Notes: generated by a model not told the origin, from the sequence alone. Positions 27,282-36,669 are shown, counted from the first letter of the stretch. The stretch: 64,000 bases of DNA from an uncultured Verrucomicrobia subdivision 3 bacterium (GCA_903870815.1 CAIQEI010000085.1:2043-66042), one strand, 5' to 3'. Made by a program: numbers and translations.

Positions 27282-27974
27282 TCAGCGGCCCGGGAGATTG
27301 CCCAAATTCAAATTCGGCACGAGCGAAGGCGCAGTGGCGAAGGCGCGGGGGAAATATCGTTTTCCGAAACACCGCCACCCGGTTTCGACGGCCACAGCCA
27401 CGGCCACCGCCCAACCAGCGCCGAGAATGGCGCCGGCCAGCACGTCGCTGGGATAGTGCACCCCGTTATAAATGCGGGAAAAGGAAACGCCGAGCGCCAG
27501 GGGCAACATGAACCACAGGCTGCGCCGGTAGAACAGGAAGAGCGCCATCGTGGCGGCGAAAAAGTTGGCGGCATGGGCAGAGGGCATGCTGTTGTGGCTG
27601 CCCTTGCCGGCCGCCATGTCCACGCCATCGGCACTTATTTCCGGCGGAACGTAGCCTTGGCCGACGACGCCGAACAGCCGGGCATCCGGCAGCGTGACGA
27701 AGGGCCGCGCGCGGTGGACGGCCTGCTTGAGCGGATTGCAGATCAGGCCGTCGTTGGTGCCCACGATAAGCGCGGTGAGCAGCACGCACAGCCGCAGCCG
27801 ACGGTTGCCGAATGCCAGCACGGTCACGCCCGCCACCGCCGCCAGCCAGAGAAATGGGGTCTTCACCCCGTTGCTGCCGCTCAAGACCGGCATCAGCCAG
27901 TCGAAGAACGGATTGACCAGCGAGCGGTTGCCGAATAGAAACAGATTCGTGTCGAATGTTTGCAGCCAGTGCAT
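27282..27974 (-). CDS. PAP2-family phosphatase (membrane)
   Basis: It has KQAVHRARP, PSAH and SRIYNGVHYPSD motifs. The start is placed at MHWLQ (27974) because the ORF-track extension overlaps the GT2 gene. Confidence 0.8.
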   Translation of the reverse strand: MHWLQTFDTNLFLFGNRSLVNPFFDWLMPVLSGSNGVKTPFLWLAAVAGVTVLAFGNRRLRLCVLLTALIVGTNDGLICNPLKQAVHRARPFVTLPDARLFGVVGQGYVPPEISADGVDMAAGKGSHNSMPSAHAANFFAATMALFLFYRRSLWFMLPLALGVSFSRIYNGVHYPSDVLAGAILGAGWAVAVAVAVETGWRCFGKRYFPRAFATAPSLVPNLNLGNLPGR

Positions 27975-28030
27975 CGTCAGGAAGGTAGCGGTGAAAACGT
28001 CGTTGGAAAACCCAAATGCGCCGCCAACCT

Positions 28031-28792
28031 TCAACGCGCCGGTGGATCCGGCGGGATATTGATGCGCGCCTTCACCTCGAAGCGGAACATGCGTTTCTGC
28101 ATCCAGCGCACCGCGAACAGGTCGTAGATGGTGACGAACAGACGGTTCAACACGCCGTAATGGCTCTGGCCGGAGAGGCGCGTGTGATGGCTGATGGGGA
28201 TTTCCGTGACGGTGAAGCCTTCGATGCGAAACAGCGTGGGCATGAAGCGGTGCATGCCCTTGAAAAATTTCAGCCGGGCCGCGCATTCGCGCCGGAAAAT
28301 CCGGTAGCCGCAGGCGGAGTCGCTGACGGTTTCGCGGGTGATGCGGTTGCGGATGCCGTTGGCGATCTTGGAGGAAATCCGGCGCACAGCAGAATCGCCC
28401 CGGGCGCGGGCCGCGACGCGCGAGCCGCACACGCAGTCGCACCGGTCCTCCTGGATGGCGGCGAGGAAGCGCGGCAGTTCGCGTGGATGATTTTGCAGGT
28501 CGGCATCCAGGGTGGCGAGGTAGCGGCCGGTGGCGGCCTGGAGGCCGGCCCACACCGCCGCGGACTGGCCGCAATTGCGGTCCAGCCGAACCGCGCGGAT
28601 GCGCCGGTCGGCGGCGCCGAGCGTTTGGAGGATGTTCCAGGAGTCATCCGAGCTACAATCGTCCGCGATGACAATTTCGTAGGCGATCTGGAGGGGTTCC
28701 AAGGCCTCGCGGACAGCGGTCACCAAGGGAACCAGGTTGCCCTGCTCGTTGTAGCACGGGGCGACGACGCTCAAAATGGGGGCTTCAATCAT
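28031..28792 (-). CDS. family-2 glycosyltransferase (polyprenyl-phosphate sugar transferase-like)
   Basis: It has LSVVAPCYNEQGNL and IVIADDCSSDDS, with a C-terminal TM region. An alternative start lies at 28819. Confidence 0.85.
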   Translation of the reverse strand: MIEAPILSVVAPCYNEQGNLVPLVTAVREALEPLQIAYEIVIADDCSSDDSWNILQTLGAADRRIRAVRLDRNCGQSAAVWAGLQAATGRYLATLDADLQNHPRELPRFLAAIQEDRCDCVCGSRVAARARGDSAVRRISSKIANGIRNRITRETVSDSACGYRIFRRECAARLKFFKGMHRFMPTLFRIEGFTVTEIPISHHTRLSGQSHYGVLNRLFVTIYDLFAVRWMQKRMFRFEVKARINIPPDPPAR

Positions 28793-28808
28793 GCAGTTCG
28801 TCCCCGGC

Positions 28809-29342
28809 TCAATATACAACGAGGGAACGCACGGGGAAATTCTTCAGCTGTTTGCGGCCATCAAGAAATTTTAATTCGATAAGGAAAACGATTTCCCGGA
28901 TGTTGGCACCGAGCTTTTGCAGGAGCGCGGCGGCAGCCCCGGCGGTGCCGCCGGTCGCGAGCAGATCGTCAATCAGCAGCACCCGCGCGCCGGACCTGAG
29001 CGCATCGGTGTGGATGGCGACCGTGGCGTGGCCATATTCGAGCGCGTAATCCTGCTCGTGCGTGGAGTGCGGCAGCTTGCCTTTTTTACGGATGGGGATG
29101 AAGCCGGCGTTCAATTTGGTCGCGGCGGCAGCGGCGAAGATGAAGCCGCGCGCGTCGATGCCCACCACGGCGTCGATACTACCGGGTGAAAAATTTTCTG
29201 TCAGCAGGTCGATCGCACCGGCGAAGAGCCGCGGATCAGCCAGCACCGGCGTGATGTCCTTGAACTGGATGCCGGGCTTGGGGAAATCCGGAACGTTGCG
29301 GATGGCGGCTTCGATTTCGGCAGCCGTGACGGCTTGGGGCAT
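28809..29342 (-). CDS. apt: adenine phosphoribosyltransferase
   Basis: It has FPKPGIQFKDITP and the VLLIDDLLATGGT PRPP motif. Confidence 0.95.
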   Translation of the reverse strand: MPQAVTAAEIEAAIRNVPDFPKPGIQFKDITPVLADPRLFAGAIDLLTENFSPGSIDAVVGIDARGFIFAAAAATKLNAGFIPIRKKGKLPHSTHEQDYALEYGHATVAIHTDALRSGARVLLIDDLLATGGTAGAAAALLQKLGANIREIVFLIELKFLDGRKQLKNFPVRSLVVY

Positions 29343-29345
29343 GGG

Positions 29346-30362
29346 TCAAAGTTCCTTCGGTTTTGTTTTTTCGAGCTTCTCGATCATCTTGCGAAGCTTG
29401 CGCAAGGCGAGGTTCTGAATCTGGCGAACGCGTTCCCGCGTGACGCCGAATTTCTCGCCGACCTCCTCCAATGTTTTTTCATTGCCGCCATCAAGGCCAA
29501 AGCGGTAGCGGAGAATCGTCGCCTCGCGGGCGTCAAGATGCTTCACCATGTCCTGCAACATGCCGGTGACGGTCTTGTCTTCCAGTTCGTCGTAAGGATT
29601 GACGGCGCGCTCATCCTCGACGATTTCGGAAAAGTTGTTGGAGTCGTCGTCGCCCACCGGGGCGTCGAGTGACGCGGGCCGGATGGACGCGGTGCGCATC
29701 TGCGAGACGCGCGCGGCGGTGGTGCCGAGCTCGGCGGCGAGCTCCTCATCGGTCGGTTCGCGGCCGAATTCCTCCTGCAACTTCATCCCCGTCCGGCGCA
29801 TCTTGGAAATCTTGTCCACCAGATGCACCGGCAGCCGGATGGTCTTGGACTGGTTGGCGAGCGCGCGTTTGATGGACTGCTTGATCCACCACGAGCCGTA
29901 GGTGGAAAGTTTGCCGCCCTTTTTCGGGTCGAAGCGCTCGACGGCCTTCATCAGGCCAATGTTGCCTTCGCTGATCAAATCGAGAAGCGGCAAGCCGATG
30001 CCTTCGTAATCGCGGGCGATTTTCACGACGAGGCGAAGGTTGGCCTTGATCATGTGCTCGCGCGCTTTTTTATCGCCCTTCTTGATCTTGGCGGCGAGTT
30101 CGATCTCCTCCTGCGGCGTAAGCAGTTTCACCAGACCGATTTCGCGGAGGTAGAGGCGGATGGCGCTGTCGCCGTCCATCCGCTCGGCCTCACGGCGGAG
30201 AAATTGGGTGGTGTCGCCCTCGGCGGGTTTTACCACCGGCGCATCCGAAGGCACGGTGATCGGCGGCGACGGCGGCGAAACAGCCTTGAGTGGTACCGGA
30301 ATGGAAGCCGGCTTTTTCCGCGGAGCCGGCCGCGATTTGCGTTGAACTTTTTTTGCCGCCAT
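29346..30362 (-). CDS. RNA polymerase sigma factor, RpoD/SigA family (short, no region 1.1)
   Basis: It has DLISEGNIGLMKAVERFD, STYGSWWIKQSI and region 4 FGVTRERVRQIQNLALRKLR. An alternative start lies at 30401. Confidence 0.85.
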   Translation of the reverse strand: MAAKKVQRKSRPAPRKKPASIPVPLKAVSPPSPPITVPSDAPVVKPAEGDTTQFLRREAERMDGDSAIRLYLREIGLVKLLTPQEEIELAAKIKKGDKKAREHMIKANLRLVVKIARDYEGIGLPLLDLISEGNIGLMKAVERFDPKKGGKLSTYGSWWIKQSIKRALANQSKTIRLPVHLVDKISKMRRTGMKLQEEFGREPTDEELAAELGTTAARVSQMRTASIRPASLDAPVGDDDSNNFSEIVEDERAVNPYDELEDKTVTGMLQDMVKHLDAREATILRYRFGLDGGNEKTLEEVGEKFGVTRERVRQIQNLALRKLRKMIEKLEKTKPKEL

Positions 30363-30412
30363 GTATGCGGAAAAGTTAAACCCACGCCGCGAAGCCGCCA
30401 AGCAAATTTACC

Positions 30413-31105
30413 TTAATTCCGGCTGTCGCGCGCCGCGGTGATATAATACAGCAGGGTCAAAATCGAGCTGACCAGCGCGGCAACGTAAGTGAGGGCGGCG
30501 GCATCCAGCACCTGGCTGACGCCGGCGCGCTCGTCTTCCCGCACCAAGCCGAGGCGGAACAACTGTTCCTTGGCGCGGGCGCTGGCGTCGTATTCCACCG
30601 GGAGCGTGACGAGTTGGAACAGGGTGATGATGGCGAAGACCACGATGATGACCGGCAGAGCAAATTTCATCAGGCCCATGACAAAACCCAGCAGCAAAAT
30701 GATGCCATAGGCAACGCTGGCGAACTGCGTTACCGGCGCCAGCGCCATGCGCAGATTGAGCATCGCGTAGGCCGCCTGATGCTGCAGCGCGTGGCCGGAT
30801 TCATGCGCGGCCACGCCGACCGCAGCCACGGAGTTGCCGTGGAAATTATCCGACGACAAAAACAGCGCGCGCCGGGCCGGATCGTAATGGTCGGTCAACT
30901 GGCCTTCGACCTCCTCCACCGGCACGTTGTTGAGGCCGGCATCGTCGAGGATGCGCCGCGCCGCCCGGGCGCCGGTGAGACCGGAGGCCACCGGCACCTG
31001 GCTGTATTTGCCAAAAGCGGAATGCAACTTCAGCTGCGCCCACAGGCCGATAAGCAAGCCGGGCAGCATCACGAAAAGCAGGTATTTGTAATCCATCAAC
31101 ATCAT
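30413..31105 (-). CDS. YugP-family zinc metallopeptidase (membrane)
   Basis: It has an N-terminal TM, the HESGHALQH zincin motif and C-terminal TMs. Confidence 0.85.
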   Translation of the reverse strand: MMLMDYKYLLFVMLPGLLIGLWAQLKLHSAFGKYSQVPVASGLTGARAARRILDDAGLNNVPVEEVEGQLTDHYDPARRALFLSSDNFHGNSVAAVGVAAHESGHALQHQAAYAMLNLRMALAPVTQFASVAYGIILLLGFVMGLMKFALPVIIVVFAIITLFQLVTLPVEYDASARAKEQLFRLGLVREDERAGVSQVLDAAALTYVAALVSSILTLLYYITAARDSRN

Positions 31106-31318
31106 AAATTAATTAAATCAATCAATGGACAGCTACTTTAAAAAAACATTCAACTCCGACGGATATAACCCTTACAATTAAAGCACAAAATCCCGAAACG
31201 GACACCTTACGGTGGTCAGGCTGATAGTGTCTCGAAACAGGACATTTCAGGCACCATAATCGAATTGGATTCTGGGCTTTGAGATCTTGGGAATTGGGAA
31301 ATAATGGCGGGGCCGTGA

Positions 31319-31428
31319 CTTTACCTCATCTTTACCAGTAAGCCGGCAAACTTTTGTAAGTCGTTGATAGAGCATCCGGACCTTTACCTTATCTTTACCA
31401 ATTTTGTTTTTTGCAGGTGGTAAAGATG
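31319..31428. repeat. iteron-like repeats built on CTTTACC
   Basis: The 19-mers CTTTACCTCATCTTTACCA (31319-31337) and CTTTACCTTATCTTTACCA (31382-31400) differ at one base. The inverted half-site TGGTAAAGATG lies at 31418-31428. Confidence 0.8.
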
Positions 31429-31712
31429 TAAAAAACTGACTCGCCAATCCGTCAGCGGTAATCAATTCCTTGAGGTCAGCGACCACCTGAGAAAAAGGCG
31501 GACGAATCGGTCATTGCGGTGGGGCGGTGCGCAGCCAATCGGCCGGAGGACATCCGCTGACACAGCAATAAAATCAAACCTGCCAAAGAACCATCGCGAC
31601 GAAAAGCATCCGGCACGACCGGTTGAAAACCAAGTCTTTAAATTTTAGTTAACGGACAAAATCTGTCAAAAGAAAATTTGAGATTCTCAATTCGGTCAGT
31701 TTTCCTGCCCGG

Positions 31713-31922
31713 TCAGTCCTCCGGCTGGTCGAGGTATTTGCCGGGCGGCAGGTCGGCGTATTTAGTGAAGTGTTCCGGCTTGAGCGGCTCGGAAATGACA
31801 TGCTCGGCGGCAAACCATTTGCCCAGGTCAACCAGCCGGCAGCGATGCGAGCAGAACGGCCCGTATTTCCCGGCGAACCAATCTCCAAACTTCCGGCAGG
31901 TGGGGCATTTGACGGACGGCAT
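31713..31922 (-). CDS. yacG: DNA gyrase inhibitor YacG-like zinc-finger protein
   Basis: The 69-aa ORF has CPTC...FCSHRC (CxxC-N-CxxxC) and LGKW. Confidence 0.75.
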   Translation of the reverse strand: MPSVKCPTCRKFGDWFAGKYGPFCSHRCRLVDLGKWFAAEHVISEPLKPEHFTKYADLPPGKYLDQPED

Positions 31923-31925
31923 AGG

Positions 31926-32489
31926 CTACCGGGTTTCGGCGGCAATCTCCCGGAGGACACTGACCACCTCGCCCGCATCCGCCGCCGGCACCCCAGCGTC
32001 AGTGAGAATTTTTTCCACGGCGTCGAGCTGCGCCTGCTGCTGCGGGGCGGAAAGATGCGCGCCGTTGAACAAAGCGTGGAGGGCGCGCGCCAGCCGGGCA
32101 TTTTGAGCGGCCAGATTTTTTCGACCACTGGCGGCCGTGATCAGTAGGCCGGACAGTTTCTTGACGGACGCCACCGAGGCTTTTTTTCCCGGCGCGGCGG
32201 CGGCGGAAAGATGGGTCATCAAGGAAGCGCGCTGGTCGGCCCCGGCTTGGGCGTCGGCGGCCTGACCAAGCGCCTCCAGGTCGGCGCGGAGGTCGGCAAT
32301 GTTTTGCAACGTGGCGGCGAGCGCAGGATCCGTGGGCGGCGTGGGCGGTTGCGACGGAGGAATGCCCTGCTGCGCGTTGCTCTGGTCCACCTGGCGTTTC
32401 GCCTGCTGTTTGCCGAGGTCGTAATTGACATCGGCCCGTGCCGATCCGGCAAAGGCCAGCGCTGCGGCCAGAATTACGACCGGTTTCAC
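31926..32489 (-). CDS. secreted hypothetical protein
   Basis: A signal peptide (AAALAFAGSARA) is followed by an Ala/Gln-rich helical sequence. It lies between prc and yacG. Confidence 0.5.
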   Translation of the reverse strand: MKPVVILAAALAFAGSARADVNYDLGKQQAKRQVDQSNAQQGIPPSQPPTPPTDPALAATLQNIADLRADLEALGQAADAQAGADQRASLMTHLSAAAAPGKKASVASVKKLSGLLITAASGRKNLAAQNARLARALHALFNGAHLSAPQQQAQLDAVEKILTDAGVPAADAGEVVSVLREIAAETR

Positions 32490-32493
32490 AAAC

Positions 32494-34863
32494 TTACTGG
32501 CTGGCGGCCACGGGATTGGTTTTGCGGAGGAGCGAAATGTAGTCCAGCAGGATGCGCTGGGTTTCGTCTAGCATCGGGTCAAACGGCGGCGGCGATTTTT
32601 TGCCGGCGACGGCGGATTTTATGGCGTTGGTGGACGTGGTGGTGGCAACCAGGTTGGTGCCGACTGAGTTGGTGAAAACGGAGACCATAGAATTGTAAAC
32701 CTGGTTCAACTGATTGGTCGCCGTGATGTTAAACACAGCGGGTGAGCCGGCATCCTCCGCGGGCTTGGCTTCCGTTAGCCCCGGCTGGTCGGCGTTCTCG
32801 ACGGTGATGTCATAAATCTTCACGCCGTCCGGTTTGCGGGCGGAGCGTTCGGCGTCACGAATCTTGTTCTGAAGATAGACGCGCTCATGATCCTTGATTG
32901 ATTCCCGTTCGTTGATGGTGGCGGTCTTGTCCGCCTGCGCTTTCTGGAACTCGGCGATGTCCTGCCGGACGTACTGGAAATCCTGGTTGGTCGCGAGGCG
33001 CGCATCGGAGCGGGCCTTGAGCGTCGCGAGGCTGGGCTGGACCAGATTCAACTTGTCGTAGGGCACAGGCTGGATGGTGTCCCACGGCATCGGATTTTCG
33101 AGCGAGGCTTCGCCGACCTGCGTGGAGTAGTTCAGCACATCCGGCAAAACGAGGTCCGGTTCAACGCCCTTGAACTGCGTGGACGCGCCGCTGACGCGGT
33201 AGAATTTTCGGATGGTGATCTTGAGATTGCCCGGATCGTTCGTCGCATTCTTGTCCGCCGACCAGACGAACGGCTTGAGCTGGTTGAGGCTTTGCACGGT
33301 GCCTTTGCCGTGCGTAGAGATGTCGCCGACAATCAGCGCGCGGCCGTAGTCCTGCAAGGCTGCGGCGGCAATTTCCGAGGCAGACGCGCTAAAGCGGTTA
33401 ATCATGACGACGAGCGGTCCGTCGTAAAGGTCCAGACTGCCGGGGACGGTATCCACCTGGACATGGTTGTCGGGATCGCGGGCCAGCACCACCGGGCCGC
33501 CCTTGATGAACAGACCGGTGAACTTGATGGCCTCCTCGAGCGAGCCGCCGGGATTCGAGCGCAGGTCAATGATGATCCCGGAAACTTTTTCAACTTTGAG
33601 CCGTTCGACCAGCCGGGCGACGTCCACCGAGGTGTATTTGGGGGTAGTGCTGCCGTTTTTGTCGCCCAGACCGTTGACCGTGGCGTAGAATGACGGCAGG
33701 TCAATGATGCCGATACGCCGGCCATCGGGGAACTCGACCAGTTTGGCCTTGGCCTCGGAATTTTCGAGCTTGATCTCGTCACGGATGAGGGTGACCACCT
33801 TGTGCGTGCTGCGGTCGCTGACCGGACTGAGGGTCAGACGGACCTCGGTGCCTTTCGGGCCGCGGATCTGCTGGACGACTTTTTCCAGTTCCATGTCCAC
33901 CACGTCCACGGGCGGCTTGTCCCCTTGGGCGACGGCCACGATGCGATCGTTTTCATTCAACTGCTTGCTTTTCGCCGCCGGTCCGCCGGGCACCAGCGAG
34001 CGAATGGTGCAATAGCCATCGTCCTCGGCCAGCGTCGCGCCGATGCCGAACAGCGAAAGGTTCATGGTGATGGAAAAATCCTGGGCGTGCGGCGCGCTCA
34101 TGTAATCCGTATGGGGGTCGTAAGCGTGGCACAATCCGTTGAGGTAAGCCTGCAGGACGCCATCGCTGTCCCAGTTGGTGGTCTGGTGCAGGTTCCACCG
34201 GTAACGGCTCTCCAGTTTGGCGGTGATGTCCTTCCCGGCCTCCGCCGGCAGCCGGATGACGAGGCTGCCATTGGTCTCGACGATTTCGCGCGACAGTTTT
34301 TCCTGCAGATACTCGTAGCGCAACCGCTGCCGCCAGAGCGACTCCGCGTCGGCCAGGTTGGTCGGGAACGGCGCGTGCCGCCGGTCGAGGACGATCTTCT
34401 CATCCGTGTTGAACTTGAATTTGTCCTGCTTCAGCAGTTCCATCACGTAGGCATCGTGCTGCTGAACGCGATCGGCAAAGCGGTTATAAATGGCGAAGGC
34501 CGGGGTGAGATCCGCCGTACCGGGTTCGAGCGTCAGCTTGTCGAGATTCGTCCGGTAAATATCAAATTCGGCCAGGTCGCTCTGGAAAAAGTTTTCGTGG
34601 CGCGGATCCAGGGAATCAACGTAACTGTCGAAGAATTTCTCCGACAATTCCGTATCCAGCGTGCGCTGAAGGTAATGATTATTCTCCAGCAACCGGGCGG
34701 CAACGAGGGCAATCCGCGGGTCGTTGGGGCCGGGTTTCAGGCTTGTGGCCGGCAGTGCGGGCAGGACCGGCACATCGGACCGGCCGGTCTCGCAACCGGC
34801 CCAAATGGCCAGCGCTACCGCCGGGACCAGCAGCATCAGGGAAACATTTCTCACTCGTTGCAT
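32494..34863 (-). CDS. prc: S41-family carboxy-terminal processing (tail-specific) protease
   Basis: It has a PDZ region and IIDLRSNPGGSLEEA, with FSASASEIAAAALQDYGRALIVG. The start is placed at MQRVRN (34863), which gives the lipobox WAGC. Confidence 0.9.
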   Translation of the reverse strand: MQRVRNVSLMLLVPAVALAIWAGCETGRSDVPVLPALPATSLKPGPNDPRIALVAARLLENNHYLQRTLDTELSEKFFDSYVDSLDPRHENFFQSDLAEFDIYRTNLDKLTLEPGTADLTPAFAIYNRFADRVQQHDAYVMELLKQDKFKFNTDEKIVLDRRHAPFPTNLADAESLWRQRLRYEYLQEKLSREIVETNGSLVIRLPAEAGKDITAKLESRYRWNLHQTTNWDSDGVLQAYLNGLCHAYDPHTDYMSAPHAQDFSITMNLSLFGIGATLAEDDGYCTIRSLVPGGPAAKSKQLNENDRIVAVAQGDKPPVDVVDMELEKVVQQIRGPKGTEVRLTLSPVSDRSTHKVVTLIRDEIKLENSEAKAKLVEFPDGRRIGIIDLPSFYATVNGLGDKNGSTTPKYTSVDVARLVERLKVEKVSGIIIDLRSNPGGSLEEAIKFTGLFIKGGPVVLARDPDNHVQVDTVPGSLDLYDGPLVVMINRFSASASEIAAAALQDYGRALIVGDISTHGKGTVQSLNQLKPFVWSADKNATNDPGNLKITIRKFYRVSGASTQFKGVEPDLVLPDVLNYSTQVGEASLENPMPWDTIQPVPYDKLNLVQPSLATLKARSDARLATNQDFQYVRQDIAEFQKAQADKTATINERESIKDHERVYLQNKIRDAERSARKPDGVKIYDITVENADQPGLTEAKPAEDAGSPAVFNITATNQLNQVYNSMVSVFTNSVGTNLVATTTSTNAIKSAVAGKKSPPPFDPMLDETQRILLDYISLLRKTNPVAASQ

Positions 34864-35056
34864 GACGATTGGCATGAGCACAATTTGACCCAAGGTACCG
34901 CAAACTGTTCAACGGGGAAATCAAATTAACCAGATTTTGATGGCGGCCAGTGCGGATGAACGAGTGGGCGCGTTCGCCAGCGGGGTCAAGCGCGGGGACG
35001 GGAGTGCGCAAAGTAAAGGACTGAGCCGTTTATGTTAAACATGTAGTCATAGCAAA

Positions 35057-35521
35057 TCAGTGCGGCAAACCATGAGAATGACTGGCCATTCGCTGAATGT
35101 ATGCGCTGTCTTCAGGATAAAAAATGCCGTTCGTGCAGGTAAAAGCGTCCGCCAACACCGAATTACTGTTGATAACGAAGGCGGAAAATAAGTTGTTAGA
35201 ACCATCACAATCGATGGAATTGACGGTCAAGAAACACGGTGCACCCACGGTTGAAAGAAAGGAGCTTCCGTGCGGATAAGTGAGCAATCCGCCCAGCCGC
35301 GAGCCATCATGATAAAATGTCTGCTGGCGATCAACGAACTCGCCGGCTCTCGTACGAGCTACGCGAATCAAATTCGTCTGACCTCCGCGGGTATAGGTAT
35401 CAACGGTAATCAAAACACCGGGCTGGGCGTTAGTGTCAGTTGTGGTAACAACCTGGACATCGTTGGTGCCGGCAGCAACCACTGACAGGCAGGTCAGGAC
35501 ATAGGCGAAAATAGTTTTCAT
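35057..35521 (-). CDS. secreted hypothetical protein (AT-richer islet)
   Basis: The start at MKTIFAYVLTCLSVVAAG gives a signal peptide. I recognise no family, and the composition differs visibly from its neighbours. Confidence 0.45.
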   Translation of the reverse strand: MKTIFAYVLTCLSVVAAGTNDVQVVTTTDTNAQPGVLITVDTYTRGGQTNLIRVARTRAGEFVDRQQTFYHDGSRLGGLLTYPHGSSFLSTVGAPCFLTVNSIDCDGSNNLFSAFVINSNSVLADAFTCTNGIFYPEDSAYIQRMASHSHGLPH

Positions 35522-35637
35522 AAATGCGTGAACATGGCCTAAAAAGCTACCGCCTACTCGCGATGTGAGCCACGGAACAGAATGCGCGCACGGTGGAGGC
35601 ATATGGGAAGTAGAAGCGGCCAAGGGGAAAGAGATAG

Positions 35638-35769
35638 CATCAACCCCGTGATCTGGACCCGACCGATGTTGTGGCGTTCCTCAAGCATCTGGCTGATTTG
35701 GAATCTGTGGCGGCGGGAAGGCGGAATCAAGCTTTAAACGCAGATTTTGAATTTAGAGACTCCTATTAG
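35638..35769 (+). pseudogene. remnant of a tyrosine-recombinase (integrase) N-terminal domain
   Basis: The frame reads HQPRDLDPTDVVAFLKHLADLESVAAGRRNQALNADFEFRDSY*, bounded by stops. The DV-AFL-HL...RRNQAL pattern resembles integrase SAM-like core-binding domains. Confidence 0.4.
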
Positions 35770-35777
35770 AGACTCCT
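35753..35777. repeat. tandem 12-mer TTAGAGACTCCT x2 (13-nt period)
   Basis: Read directly, at the 3' edge of the integrase remnant. Confidence 0.8.
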
Positions 35778-35921
35778 CACGTCGTCTCCTACATCCGGCC
35801 GGACCGTGCGCAGGGTATCAGCTACCATTTTGCGTGCGGATATTGGGAAATCGCGCAGAGGAAATATTGGAGACTCGTGGAACTCGTCCCTCCGGGGGGG
35901 GTGACGTGGGCGCCGCATTTT

Positions 35922-36125
35922 TCAGAATGGCGCGTCCAGTCCATAAACCCGTTGATAGAGTTGGCGCTTCAATTCAGCCGGCGAAAGCCCCGTGGGCAGC
36001 GACGCCAGAACCACGGCACGGGCGGCGTCAAACATCCGCGCGCCCATGACAAATCGCTCCGCCCCGGAGCGGTCCATTAGTTTTTGCCGAACGAGTTCGG
36101 CGATTTCCGGCGCGGTGTCATTCAT
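35922..36125 (-). CDS. small helical protein, partner of the nucleotidyltransferase
   Basis: The 67-aa ORF starts MNDTAPEIAELVRQKLM. Its ATG overlaps the upstream gene's TGA (ATGA at 36122-36125). Confidence 0.5.
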   Translation of the reverse strand: MNDTAPEIAELVRQKLMDRSGAERFVMGARMFDAARAVVLASLPTGLSPAELKRQLYQRVYGLDAPF

Positions 36126-36661
36126 GGTAAAACTTCCAACCACAAGTTAGCGACATCGAGTTCGCGCGTCCACCGCTCAATGTAGCCCCGGTCGCAGCCG
36201 GTCGAGATCAGGTTCTTCACATCGCCAAGCTGGGTTTCGGAACGCGAGTCTTTGGCCCAATACAATTTTGAAAGAATCAGATCTTCCTTGCTCACAATCC
36301 AGGTCTCGAAGTTTTCAATCCGGATGCGCTGGCGGCGGTTGAATTCGGTGAGGCGATATTCGCTCTGCTTGCGCACGATGCAATCCACTTTGATGACGCT
36401 CTCGTTATGAATCAAGTTAAACAGCGACTCGTCCTTGATGGAATGGTCCACGGCTTCGCGCGAGACGTAGTAGTCCGGGCTGAATAATTGAACCACCCGT
36501 GCCGCATCCGCCGGCCCCAGGGCAACCACGACGTCAATGTCGCGAGTCATGCGGGGCTGGGCGTAATAATTCATCGCCATCGAGCCGGTGAGCATATAAC
36601 CGATGCGCGCGGACTCGAGCTTCGCAGAAACGTCGCGAACAATGTCGAGTTCGTTTTGCAT
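36122..36661 (-). CDS. minimal nucleotidyltransferase-fold protein
   Basis: GYMLTGSMAMNYY (G-S motif) and TRDIDVVV (DxD) are typical of the pol-beta/MNT superfamily. The ORF is 179 aa. Confidence 0.6.
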   Translation of the reverse strand: MQNELDIVRDVSAKLESARIGYMLTGSMAMNYYAQPRMTRDIDVVVALGPADAARVVQLFSPDYYVSREAVDHSIKDESLFNLIHNESVIKVDCIVRKQSEYRLTEFNRRQRIRIENFETWIVSKEDLILSKLYWAKDSRSETQLGDVKNLISTGCDRGYIERWTRELDVANLWLEVLP

Positions 36662-36669
36662 CCGCTATG

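Noticed and set aside
28911-28931. TTGGCACCGAGCTTTTGCAGG as a sigma-54 promoter.
   Set aside because: The GG-to-GC spacing is 2 nt too long, and the site lies on the plus strand inside the minus-strand apt gene with no downstream plus-strand gene.
31247-31486. The 79-aa GTG-start ORF in the AT-rich islet.
   Set aside because: Its sequence is dictated by the CTTTACC DNA repeats, it has no recognisable family, and its composition is atypical. It is reported only as part of the iteron finding.
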